Shown in pieces: positions 33,953-46,970 of a DNA stretch of 64,000 nucleotides. The stretch's first letter is position 1. Every line of letters starts with the position of its first letter. Position numbers and translations under genes: made by a program. Source of the stretch: Zootoca vivipara (Eukaryota); contig NC_083283.1 in the NCBI RefSeq assembly GCF_963506605.1, positions 83,452,001 to 83,516,000 of the forward strand, written 5' to 3'. The notes below the pieces were generated by a model. It was not told where the DNA came from. It made no database searches and saw only the letters and a program-made list of their open reading frames with translations.

Positions 33953-36376
33953 CTGATGGATTGCTGCCTCCTCCATAACTGTGTTAGAATCACCCATGAG
34001 TAACACAGAGTCTGGCTTATCAGGAGCCTGTTGTGGTGACAGAGTATTGGTACAGCTTCCAATTGGGAAAAGAATCTGACTTTTCCTTGAGCCTGAAGTC
34101 AGTGAAACCTCATGGCAATAAGACTGGAGAAATGCCCGGACTCCATCAATCCCCACAAACTGGGAGATGGGAGCACCATCAAAATGCACACTTCCATTGT
34201 CACACAACTGAGAATTTTTCCACCTGTGAAGTCTGAGTGCCAATAACACAAGGAGGAAGGCGAGGAACAAGCAGGAGACAAAAGCCACTGCAGTCACCAA
34301 GTAGAAGGTGAGATCTGACTGTGGGTCTTCAGATACTGGGATGCTGCTCATATCAGTCAGCATGTCAGGGATGCTGTCAGCCAAGACCACAGTAACAGTG
34401 ACTGAAGCCGACATTGGAGGCTGCCCATTGTCCTTGACTAAAACCACCAGGCTTTGCTTGATAGTATCTTTCTCCAGAAAGAAGCGGGCCGTCCTGATCT
34501 CTCCCGTGTGGAGCCCCAGAGTGAAGAGTCCTGGCTCAGTGGCCTTGATCAGCTGGTAGGAGAGCCAGGCATTCTGGCCAGAGTCTGCATCCACGGCCAC
34601 CACCTTAGTGACCAGGTAGCCTGGCTCAGAGGAGCGAGGGGCCAGCTCTATCCCTGTGGAGCCATCGGTGGGAGGGGAGGGGTACAGGATCTGGGGAGCA
34701 TTGTCATTCTGGTCCAGGATGAAGAGAGTCACTGAGATGTTGGAGCTGAGTGGGGGAGAACCTCCGTCCTGAGCCTTGACCAGGAACTTCATCTCTCTGA
34801 TCTCTTCATAGTCAAAAGAACTCAGAGCATAGATGACCCCTGTTTCAGAGTTAATGGAGAGGTAGGAGGTTATAAGGAATTTGTCCATGTTTCCTTCAAT
34901 GATGGAATAACTTATCCTGGCATTTTCCTCCCAATCTGGATCGTTTGCTTTTAAGGAAAATACTGGAGCTCCTCTTGGATTGTTCTCTGTGAAATAAGCC
35001 AAGTAAGATGATTCTGCAAAAAGAGGAGGGTTGTCATTTGTGTCTAGGATTTGAAGTAAGATAAAAGTTGACACAGAAAGTGGTGGAATCCCATGGTCAG
35101 TAGCTGTGATAGTGATGTTGTAGTCTGCTGTGTTCTCTCTGTCAAGGTTACTGAGTGTCACCAAACTATAAAAGTTATCAAAAGACTGTTTTAGTTGGAA
35201 AGGGAGCTTACTGGGAATTGAACATGTGACCTCCCCATTGACCCCCGAATCTTCATCTTGAACATTTAGAAGGGCAATAACTGTTCCTATTGGTGAATTC
35301 TCAGAAATGGTATTGATGAAAAAGGTTATTGATAGTTCAGGTGCATTGTCATTAACATCCATAACAATTATCACAACTTTCGACCAGTCACTCAGCCCTC
35401 CTCCATCCTCAGCTTTCACCTCAAAGTCATATGAGGATGATTCCTCATAATCAAGGTTTCCCATTAAGGTAATTGTACCAGTTGTTGAGTTTAAAATAAA
35501 CATTTTGGAATCCTTCTTTGTGATTTTCTTGAATGAATATTTTATCTCTCCGTTTTGTCCTTCATCCAGATCAGTAGCACTAACTGTAACAATGCTGGAC
35601 CCATTCGGAATGTTCTCCTTGATGCTCATTTCATAGATTGGTTTGCTGAAAACAGGTGCATTGTCATTTGCATCTAAAACAATAACTTGGATGTTAGCAG
35701 TGCTGGACCTGACTGGATCGCCTCCATCAGTAGCTGTGAGGATCAAATTGAAAACAGATTGTTCTTCCCGGTCCAGATTTCCCCCCAACACCAGCTCAGC
35801 AGATTTGGCACCATTTTCTTCAGCTTGCACCTCCAGAGAAAAATGGCTACTGCCTGTGAGTTGGTAGGTCTGTATAGAATTTATCCCTAGGTCTGGATCC
35901 TGAGCTTCAGGCAGAGGGAACCGGGATCCGGCAGTGGATGCCTCACTGATTTTCAGTTCCTGTTTCCCCGATGAGAACTGGGGAGCATTATCATTTATAT
36001 CAATAATTTCCACTTGAACCCCATAGATCTCTATTTTGCTCTCAATTATAACATCAAAACTTAAAACACACCTTTCTGCCCTTCCACAGATTTCCTCTCT
36101 GTCTATTCTCTGAGAGGTTTGTAAATGGCCATTGTTGTAATTCAAAGCAAAATACTGACTCGTACCTGTCCTGGTAACAATCCGTAGTCCGTGGTCCGAA
36201 AGATGATTTCTATCCACTCCTAGATCCTTTGCAATATTCCCCACAAAAGAGCCTTTCTGCATCTCTTCAGGAATGGAATAATGAATCTTCCCAGAAACTA
36301 TCTTCCAAGCAAGCACAATTATGAGGCATTGTAAGATCCTTTCTTTGCAGATCCACAGCCTCTGATTTTCTTCCAT
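33953..36376 (-). CDS. PCDHGA: Protocadherin gammaA-like variable exon 5
   Basis: 811-aa ORF, cadherin motifs, gammaA tail; donor CAG|GTGAGC at 33953/33952, phase 0. Confidence 0.95.
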
Positions 36377-36572
36377 TATCTTGCAACACTATCAATTCTA
36401 GGACTCAGGAGCTTCTGGGTTTTAAATTAGTGGTTTTTAAAAAATAAAAAATAGAAGTCTCTGTTAACAGTGCCTACAATATCTGTGCAAGTTTGATGCA
36501 TCAGATATTTTGTGCTTGTGTTTAAGAATACTGCGGCTGGGTTAGCTGAATATCTTTCTTCCTGTGCCAGAT

Positions 36573-36600
36573 TAGTGAACAGCGACACTCAGAGGCTCAA
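36573..36600 (-). promoter_or_regulatory. CSE for exon 5
   Basis: TTGAGCCTCTGAGTGTCGCTGTTCACTA about 205 bp upstream of the ATG. Confidence 0.85.
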
Positions 36601-37820
36601 CTGAAAACTGGAGATTATTTTTTCTACATTGGTAGTCCTGTGTTTGCCATTATAAAACAATTATTTTGCTTTAAGAATGAGCATAACACGAGTATAATTT
36701 TTATAAGTAAAAAAATGCCCTAAAGAAACAACATCAAACATTTAGACTTAGATAAATTTGTACTGGTTGTTGTTGTTGGTTATTACAATTTTTCTAAAAA
36801 AATAAGACTGATGTTTTATGCATTTATTGACAACTCTGCATAAAATAGTGCGTGTAAGAGATTATTCACTTATTTTAATAAAATGGGACTAAATTCCATT
36901 CAAGAACACCAATGTTAATTCCTTGGCTTCAGTCTTCAAAAGTCATGCACCAGAGCCTTGAGAGCTAATTATTCTGATGCTCCACATTAGAATATCCTTC
37001 TATCATAGTTCACCAGATGGAATTACTATCTATTAAAGCTTATAGAATTTTTGTCACTGATCTGATGTTTCCATCAGATTTGCCCAGTCTGTAGCCTAGC
37101 TACAAAGAAATAAAGGTTACTTTAAAATGTGTAGAATTAGATATGGGTCTTTTCCCCCACAGCCTATGTAAATGTAGTTAATTATGCTTAAACCCTTTCA
37201 ATGTAGAAATAGGTATGTCCATGGTGGAAGGAAGAAGTTTGTGTTCCAAGCTATACAAATAAACCTATACTTATTTGTGCTTGTGCATCGTCCTTTAAGA
37301 CTTCTGGAGGGAGGATATACACATGCCCTGTAAGAGAGCTGAAGCTAGAAGCAGCCACCATCACGGGCAGTTATCCCTTTGTAAGAAAGGAAGATCACTT
37401 ACCTCAGCCAGTTAGGATGAAGCGTGGCCATCTCTGTAGGGCCCTGAGCCCTTAACTGCAGGTCAGTACTGAGGTTTGATTTAAAAATTCAAAATGAACT
37501 ACACAGTTTCCAAAAGTGTAATTCCCTGTCTGCTTTGGTTCTTTTGCTTTATAAAGGTCTTGTACCTTTCATTTCCCTGAGTTGTTGGTGTTGACAGCCT
37601 TTTGGGAAGGCGGCTGTGGAGCTGAAGCCAGTGGACAGAGACAGTCTTCCTCTCACTCTGGCCAGTAGCCAAGTCAATGCTCTGATGGCAACCAAAGAAG
37701 GAGCGGCACTATTTTTTCATTTTGTGTCATTTCTGTAAATTGTGCTGCTTATGTAAAAAACCTAGTATACGTCATTTTTTATCATTTGATGTTTCTCTGT
37801 ATTTACTGTGACTGTAAGAC

Positions 37821-38170
37821 CATACCCTCCAACATTTCTCTGATGAAAATAGGGACGTCCAGTGTTATTTTCCTAGAAAAAGAGGTGCTGGAACTCACCA
37901 TGAACTCACCCTTGTTCTCTTGGAATGGCAATGGTGCCAGCCTGGGAGGTGCTGGAACTGAGTTCTGGCTGAAAAAAGCCCCCCGGCAGTCTCATTCCAT
38001 GTCCCTCCAACATTTCTCTGATGAAAATACGGACATACCCTCCAACATTTCTTTGATAAAATAGGAACATCCTAAGGAAAAGTGGGACATTCCAGGATCA
38101 AATCAGTAACCATGATGGCTTCTATAAATCTGGGGCTGTCCCTGGAAAATAGGGATACTTGGAGGGTCTG
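37821..38170. mobile_element. Probable non-autonomous DNA transposon
   Basis: CATACCCTCCAA...TTGGAGGGTCTG inverted ends and internal repeats; no clear TSD. Confidence 0.5.
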
Positions 38171-40112
38171 TGAGTCCTTCCAGAGACCCTGAATAAATTT
38201 CTTTGGCACAGAAAAGAACAGTGGGAATTTCATAAATGAGTTGCATTTGCTTATGGAAAATGTTCAGTTAAGACACATGTTTATTTTCCATTTTAAAGGA
38301 AACCTTTTTGAGAATATGACCATAGATAGCCTAAAGATTTAGAAGACTAAATGTGACAATACCACACTGAATGAATGAATGCCCTGAATTCATGTAATGC
38401 AGTTTCCTTCGGCATCAAAGCTCGCTTCAAGTATGAATAGTAAATAGTAAGTACATGATTGAGAAGACAGTAGTACAAGGATGCAAGGCTGGCTCCATGG
38501 CCTTCCAACTTGCGGTAGATGACTGAAGCCTTTTGTGCATCTAGAGGCCCCAATCTATGGGAAGTGGAAGCAGCTGAGCACATGTTCTCTGCCAGTGAGT
38601 GACCACCACATTCTTCACCAGCGCACACAAGGCCTCTGGAAGGGCTTCTTAATGTCACATAACTGAAGCATTACATAGGAACATTGTGTCCCATTGCTGC
38701 CACTGCTTGTAGAACCAGCTAAACTGGCTGCATATCCACCGTACACTTAAAGCACACCCACCCACAGAATCCTGGGAACTGTAGATAGTTAAGGATGCTG
38801 GGAATTTTAGCTTTGTGAGGGGTAAAATATGGTTCCCAGGATTCTTCAGGGAAAGCCATGTGCTTTAAGTGTGTGCTGTGTACAAAAGGGAGGGAGAATT
38901 TGCTGCTGTTGCTTTTCCTAGTAATTTCCTTACCCCATTTCTCAACATTTGTCCTCCTTAGCACCACAATGTCCCGATTTCCATGGCAAAAAGTTCATTT
39001 TGAAAGCTCATTCAGCTCAGCTCTATATTTCAACTTGTACAGGATCTTATCTGAATTTCAACCTAGCCTTTTCGTGTGGGTGATTTAATATGACCTGATA
39101 AAGTGAGTGTTTGAACCTTCATCGCTGTTTAGAGTTGGAGCCTGGACCACTGGAGAATCCTTCAGCGAATGCTTTCTTAGATTCACCTGTCACACCCCAA
39201 TGTGGAAATTGTTAGACCAAAAAGAACCAACAAAGGAGCTTCTGTGTGCACGTATATAACATTGAGGCCAACATAGGTTAAGATCATGAAATTAATTACT
39301 GCTATGCAATCTAAATACAGAAACTTGATGTGTACCAGTTTTGATTCACCTTATGAAATCCATAGAACCATGGCCACAAAAAAGGAGGAACAGATTAAAG
39401 CAAAATTGATTTTTTAGAACTATGGTAACTGTAGTTTTAATCTCAAAACCATAATCCAGAGAAAGATTAAATCAATCAAGTTTATGTCTGTTTTACACAC
39501 TTACTGATTTCAATACCATGCCCTTTTCCTGGATTGCAACTGCAGTGTGCCAACCTCACTCCTGCATTGCTCCCCCAACCCCCGGTGGTAAAGGGCAGCA
39601 ACTCACTTGCCAGGAGGTCAGGCTGCCCACTATGCTGTGTCCCCTGCTGCCTGAAGCTATGCATGAATGATTTTTAACTCTCCTCATAAGAATGCATTTT
39701 CATCACTGAAAATCGTTATTGTCCTTCTCCATACTTTTTTCAGTCATGCTATAACTTTTTAAGGTGGAAGTTATCTGAACTGCATGATATTGGTGCCTAC
39801 ATCATTATAACAGCACTGTCTTCTTGCATTGCACTGAGCCACCATTTCAAGGAACTCCAAAATAACTTTATTGAGTTTCAGTAGCAAAAGTTGTACATTC
39901 CTAAACAAAACCTTATCAGTCATGTGAAGGCTGTTCTATCACTTGCACGCCCTCTGATCTGCTGAAAAGATAACTGTGGGTAAGCGTTCTGCTGTAGGAT
40001 CACTGAGTGGTTTGGCTACAAACCTGAGTAGCTTCACAGAAAAGAGACAAATGTCTGTTCTTGCATACCTTCCATCACTGACAACTGTATTATAAAAGGT
40101 TAAAAAGAAATC

Positions 40113-40232
40113 AGAGAATCATAGAGTTGGAAGAGACCACAAGGGCCATCCAGGCCAACCACCTGCCAAGCAGGAAACACCATCAAAGCATTCCTGACAG
40201 ATGGCTGTCAAGCCTCCGCTTAAAGACCTCCG
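40113..40232 (-). mobile_element. CR1 3' end fragment
   Basis: AGAATCATAGAGTTGGAAGAGACC... is the reverse complement of a CR1 tail. Confidence 0.7.
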
Positions 40233-40798
40233 CTTAAATACCTCCAAATACTAGAACACAAAGCTGTGCTGATGTATGTGCCTCTCTATTGCCTTAAATA
40301 TAGTTCAGATTGTATGCAGCTGACCAAACCTTAGTACTGATCCTTTCCCCTCTACAGCAACCTCCTGCATTGTGGCAGACAAGTGGAAAAGCCAAGTATC
40401 ATTCCCCGCCTCCTAAACACTTCTGTGATAGAATGAAGACTATTGTTCCTGTGACTGTTTCTAACCTGATCAGAAGGTGGATTTCGATATAAGTTATGTA
40501 CAATAAAGGTCTTTAGGAATAGTACACAAAATTCCTATCAAAACAAAATCTGATCCAGCTTTCCATTATCCTTAGAATATTTGTTTAAAATATGACATAG
40601 ATCAAAATACATTATTTATTAGAATCAATAAAGTAAGTGCTTCATCATTTAATGAAACACCATCTCTCTTTACATCTTTATTACAGAAAGCATAAACAGA
40701 TTTTTTCCAGGATTTGTTATTTAAGAAATTCTTTTAAATTTCATAAAATAGAACCTATTGAATAATGGGGGCCAAAGTATTGAAATTTATGTGCTCAC

Positions 40799-43228
40799 CT
40801 GATGGATTGCTGCCTCCTCCGTAACTGTGTTAGAATCACCTATGAGTAACACAGAGCCTGGCTTATCAGGAACCTGTTGTGGTGTCAAAGTATTGGTGCA
40901 GCTTCCGATTGGGAAAAGAATCTGACTTTTCCGAGAGCCTGACGTCAGTGAAACCTCGTGACAATAAGACTGAAGAAATGCCCGGACTCCATCAATCCCC
41001 ACAAACTGTGAAACTGGTGCACCACTGAAATTCAAACTTGCATTATCACACAGCTGAGAATTTTTCCACTTGCGAAGCTTGAGTGCCAATAACACAAGGA
41101 GGAAGGCGAGGAACAAGCAGGAGACAAAAGCCACTGCAGTCACCAAGTAGAAGGTGAGATCTGACTGTGGGTCTTCAGATACTGGGATGCTGCTCATATC
41201 AGTCAGCATGTCAGGGATGCTGTCAGCCAAGACCACAGTGACAGTGACTGAAGCCGACATTGGAGGCTGCCCATTGTCCTTGACTAAAACCACCAGGCTT
41301 TGCTTGAGGGAATCTTTCTCTAGAAAGAAGCGGGCCGTCCTGATCTCTCCCGTGTGGAGCCCCAGAGTGAAGAGCCCTGGCTCGGTGGCCTTGATCAGCT
41401 GGTAGGAGAGCCAGGCATTCTGGCCAGAGTCCGCATCCACGGCCACCACCTTAGTGACCAGGTAGCCTGGCTCAGAGGAGCGAGGGGCCAGCTCTATCCC
41501 CGTGGAGCCATCGGTGGGAGGGGAGGGGTACAGGATTTGGGGAGCATTGTCATTCTGGTCCAGGATGAAGAGAGTCACTGAGACGTTGGAGCTGAGTGGT
41601 GGAGAACCTCCGTCCTGAGCCCTTACATGGAACTTAATCTCCCGAAACTCTTCATAATCAAAGGTTCTCAAGGCATAGCCAACCCCTGTTTCCGAATTAA
41701 TGGAAAGGTAGGAGGAGAGTGAGGAATCAAACATTTGACTATCAATGATGGAATAGGTTATTTTTGAATTTTCCCCCCAGTCTGGATCCTCTGTTTTCAA
41801 AGAAAATATGGTGTCCCCTCTCTGGTTGTTCTCCACAAGGTAAAAAGTGTATTCTGGTTGCATAAAGTATGGAGCATTGTCATTCTTGTCTAAAACCTGA
41901 AGAAGGATTAAGGTGGTTGATGAAAGAGGTGGCATGCCTTGATCTGAGGCTGTGATAGTGATGTTGTAGGCTGCTACTTGCTCCCTGTCCAGTGGTCTAG
42001 CAATGACCATAGTGTAATAGTTAGCATTTGTTTTTGTTAAATGGAAAGGGATATTACTAGGAATAGAGCATATGACTTTCCCATTCTCTCCTGAATCTTC
42101 ATCATGCACATTTATCAAGGCAATGGCAGTTCCTGCTTGAGAATCCTCAGGAACTGAATTGGCAAGTGATCTGACAGCTATTTCAGGTGCATTGTCATTA
42201 ACATCACTTACAAAAATCACAGCTTTTGATATATTAAATAGTCCTCCCCCGTCAATGGCCTGAATCTCTATTTCATACAGTGTAGATTCTTCATAATCCA
42301 GCTTCCCCACAAGAATAATTTCACCTGTCTCTGAGTTTATGTGGAAGTTCTGAGAAGCTTTGTCAGATATTTTTCTGAAGCTGTATGTTATTTCTCTGTT
42401 GATTCCTTCATCCAGGTCAGTGGCTTTTACTGTGACTACTGTATAGCCTGTGGGCACATTTTCTGCAATGGTCACTGTGTATTCAGGTTGGCTAAAAATG
42501 GGTGCGTTGTCATTTGCATCAAGGACAATAATGTGGATTTGGGTTGTGCCAGATTTGGGTGGATCCCCCCCATCAAAAGCTGTGAGAATAAGATCATGCA
42601 CATTTTGTTCTTCTCGGTCCAGTGATGTTTCCAGTACAATCTCTGCATATATTGCACTATCCAATCTAGTTTGTAGATCCAGAGAAAAGTGTCTGTTTGC
42701 ACTGAGTTTATAATTCTGGACAGAATTCATCCCTAAATCTGGATCCTGGGCATCTTCCAGACGGAATCGTGTCCCACGTTCAGTCACCTCACTGATTTTT
42801 ATCTGGAGTTGAGCTGATTTGAAGCTTGGAGCATTGTCGTTGACATCAATTATTTCTACTTCACTTGTATAAATCTTCATTGCATCTTCTATAATAACTT
42901 CACAATTAAAGAGACATCTTTGTATCTGGGGACAGGTCTGCTCTCTGTCCAGTCTTTCCTTTATGTATAAATGGCCATTCTTATTGTTTAAAGCAAAATA
43001 TTCCACCTTACCTCTGCAAACAAAGCTGACTCCATAAGGTGAGAAATCCTTTATATCCAGTCTAAGATCCTTTGCAATATTCCCCACAAAGGAACCTTTT
43101 GGCATTTCCTCAGGAACTGAATAATGAATCTGTTCAGTAGCAGTCTCGCATACGATGCAAAAAAATATGATGAAAATGAGAGCTGTGTCCTTGTAGAACC
43201 AAAGACAGAAATGTCTTGCAACAGCCAT
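40799..43228 (-). CDS. PCDHGA: Protocadherin gammaA-like variable exon 6
   Basis: ATG at 43228 (ORF-track start 43234 is TTG); cadherin motifs, gammaA tail; donor CAG|GTGAGC at 40799/40798. Confidence 0.95.
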
Positions 43229-43429
43229 TTCCAAATGTTATCTTCTTACTTTCAGCCCCTTAAACTTGGATGCTCTGAATCTATTGTTTGCCAATATTTT
43301 AGGAAAAATAAAATAAAATAGCAGATCCAATGGATGGTTTCCTAAATCTTTGTTTCTGTTCCCTTGCTTTCCTTTTCTAGGCGGAGCAGCAGGACTGAGA
43401 TGGCAGCTTCTCTCATTTCTCTGCCTGAT

Positions 43430-43457
43430 TAGGGAGCAGCGACACCCAGAGTCTCAA
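43430..43457 (-). promoter_or_regulatory. CSE for exon 6
   Basis: TTGAGACTCTGGGTGTCGCTGCTCCCTA about 210 bp upstream of the ATG. Confidence 0.8.
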
Positions 43458-44878
43458 CCAAAAACTACATCAGCATCTTACAATAATTCTTCAGATGGGG
43501 CATATGCCTTTTGTACTTTCATTCTGATATAGGAATATCTATCATTCTAAGCAAATGATCCTCCTGGGAGAAGTTCCAACGTAGAACAACTCAGAGGATC
43601 TTGCTTTACTTACAATAACAATGCAGAAATTGTCCAGCATGTTCCTGATGCAATGTATTTAGGTACATGCACATATATGCTAGTGATGTTGGTTGAGATT
43701 TACAAATTATAATTGTCATTCTTCTACCCGCTCCCCATAGCAAGCAACGGATCAGGGGCAGCCAGGTCCATGGCCCAAACTAATGTTTAAACATTTCAGT
43801 TATTGATTCAAGAAAATTGTGTATTAGGCGGCAGCAAACTATAGCTTTTTATATAGGTATGCTGTGTTCTAGGTATTTTGCATCATGTTTTGTATTATGG
43901 CAGGATTATTTTATGGATGATTCCCACCTACCCGCACATCTTACATACACTTTTAATCATCAGTGTGCTAACGAATTTCCTAAATATAATGAAGTCCCAC
44001 TCGTATATCTGTTATCCAGGTAGCAGGATTACAGTTCCACAGTCATTCTGGGAGCGCAGCAACCTTATGTGTATTTCATAACTAAAAAAAATATTCCGCG
44101 TCAAAATTTCTGTTATATGTAACACCAAGACATACATCAAAGGTGACTTTTTTTAAAACAAAACAAAACAACTGAGTGAAATCTGGTATTGCATAGCATA
44201 TTTGCATGTTGTTGTTATTTGCTGGTGTATTGAATCTGAGTTTGTTTTAGCATTTTGTAAAATGTTTGGAAGTGGCTATTGAGTGTGGTGATCCCAGTGT
44301 GAACAAGGGGGGGAAAAGGCCTATAGTATCTCCATAGTGCTTCCACTCCTTTGCTCCCCTCCAGGTATGCAGTGTGGTTTAGGATTAGCATTCATCTTTT
44401 AAACTTACCTCATATGGAAGACTTGTCTTTCTTGAGAGTTTTCATTACCCTTTTCTATACTTCTTTTGAGTTATGTTATGTTCTTTTTAAGCATGATCAG
44501 GAACAGCACAATATTCTCGAAGCATGGTTGGACCTTTATAACAGCTTTTGCATTATGTTCTTGCTCTGTTCTGATTTCTGATTGACAGCTGCAGTGCACT
44601 TACCAGACCATTTCAAGTGGCAATTCATAATGATTCCAAAAGGTCTTTATTGAGTACTAGTAACTAATACAATGCCAGCGCCCCCTACATTACACATTTT
44701 TTTTATTTGTACCTGTGGTATAGTTCTATATTCCAACGTAGCTCAAAGGTGCCATCTAGAGTGCCTGGAATTTCACACCACCACAGTGAACCCTAAATAG
44801 ACAGCAATTCCCTGTTTCAGTTTTGAATATACATTGTTAAGTTGGTTCATTTCTCCCACTGGCCAGAACTAGCTGATC

Positions 44879-44880
<2 letters not shown>

Positions 44881-44944
<64 letters not shown>
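44881..44944. repeat. (CT)n microsatellite
   Basis: About 32 perfect CT units. Confidence 1.
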
Positions 44945-44949
<5 letters not shown>

Positions 44950-45145
44950 TATCTTGGGCTACAAAAGTGCGTACATTGTCTTTATTTTTAGATCATAAAG
45001 TCCTTCCTGCAGATCAGTTATATTCTGATATGCAAGTTCAAGGTGGTTAAGAAGGTGGAACAAGCTTCTAAGTAAATTTCTGATTGGCCACAGAAACCAC
45101 AGAGTTGATCTCATATTTTGACTAAGCAACAATTCATCTCCACCA

Positions 45146-45264
45146 AAGATCCTTTGTAATATTCCCCAGAAAGGAACCTTTTGCCATTTCCTTGGGAACT
45201 GAATAATGAATCTGTTCAGTAGCAGTCTAACATACGATGCAAAAAATATATATGATGAAAATGA
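45146..45264 (-). pseudogene. Duplicated fragment of Pcdh exon 6 (signal peptide to EC1 start)
   Basis: Close match to 43064-43179, with substitutions and a small indel. Confidence 0.85.
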
Positions 45265-45267
45265 AAG

Positions 45268-45466
45268 CGGCATTTCCATGTGCTCTGGCACTCATCACAG
45301 TCTCGTTGTGCCAGAAGCGGTTTAGTCATGCTGGCCACATGATCTGGAAGGCTGTCAGTGGACAAACACCGGCTCCCTTGGCCTGAAGCAAGATGCACGC
45401 TGCACCCCATAGTCGCCTTTGACTGGACTTAACCGTCCAGGGGTCTTTTACCTTTTCCTTTACCTT
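45268..45466 (+). mobile_element. Sauria SINE (Squam1-like), 3' part
   Basis: ...TAGTCATGCTGGCCACATGA... body with ACCTTT-type tail. Confidence 0.75.
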
Positions 45467-46970
45467 TCTTTTCCACTTTAACCAACCTCCTCTCCACCCA
45501 TTTTTCAATATTAGACGCACCCTAACATTATGACACACAGCTTGTGAAACTGAACACTATTGCAAACATATGTGTTGGTAACAATACACACTGGTCTTTT
45601 CATTACTGATCACAATCCTATTAGGAGATGTTTTCCAATCCAAGTTACTTAAAAGTAGTGTCTTCTGGAACAGGAGAGTCCTTCCTTCTGCTTATAAAGC
45701 CACCCCTCATCATTAATCCCAGGGGGAGTTACAACAAAATATAGATCTGAGCCAAGCAGGTCAAATACCATAAAACATAAAACAATACAAAACATGTAAA
45801 ACATACACAGTAACTCTAAAAAATGGACCCTTACACTGCTGGTGATACCCTAACCGCTACTGGCCCAAAGCCTAAACAAAGAGGTTTGTCCTTAAGTGGC
45901 ACAGAAAGTGCAATAAGATAAGTGGCAAAAGTGAGATTCTCAAGTTGAGAAGGTTCTTTCCTGCATGCTCCTCCCCCCTTCCTTAAATAGGGGAACAATG
46001 AGAATGCACACAGAGAAAGAGACCAAACTGGACAGTTTCATACAGAAGCAGATATTCCTTCCTTGAATTGGGATCTGAATTGTACAGACACTCAGCACCA
46101 GTTCTTCAGGACCAGTGCTGTTTGGACAAGACTGGTTGTACAATTCAGCAATCTGGGAGGTGCATTCTGTACTTAGCTGTATCTTCTGAGCCATCTACAG
46201 GGATAGCTCCATGTAGAGTGCATTATAGTAATCCATTCAGGGGATTACCCGAGCCTGGGTTGCAGCAGTAGAACAACTGTAGCTGAAGAACCTGCCAAAG
46301 CAGGTAATAGGCACTCTTTACCAGATATGTCACTTCAGACTCCAGTGACAATGGAGAATTCAACAACAGCCCCAGACGACAATGTGGTTCCTTTAAAGAC
46401 AATTGCTACCTTTTCCAGAACAGGCCATCAACCTAGTCCTCACATCTGGAAACTGCCAACCTACCATGTCTGCATCTTGTCAGAATTTAGCTTCAACTTA
46501 ATGGCCCATATCCAGCTCAATACTACCTGCAGATAGCGATTCTCTTGCTTGTGATGATATGCAAAAAAAAATGGACCTGAGTGTCATCTAAGTGTTGGTG
46601 ACACTGTCCTCCAAATCCCTTGATAACACCCCCAGAGGCTTCTTACAACCATCTTATAGAAGTTGCGCAAATAAGATTACTTTGATGCAATATTTGATCT
46701 GGCTTTCCTATTCCCATCAATAGCAAATTTTACGCTCAGAGGAATCATTAAAACACTACCTAGATAAAATGCAATATTTATTTAAATTAATGAAGTAGTT
46801 GCTTCATCTGTTAAAAAAGTAAATGACACCAAGATTTGTTGCAAAAAAGCTTTGTTATTTAAGAAACTTAATTAAATTACATAAAATGAAACCTATTGAA
46901 TAAGGACAACTAAAAGAACTGACTTTCTAAACCTTAAAATAAACGGAAGTACTGAAATTCATGTACTCAC

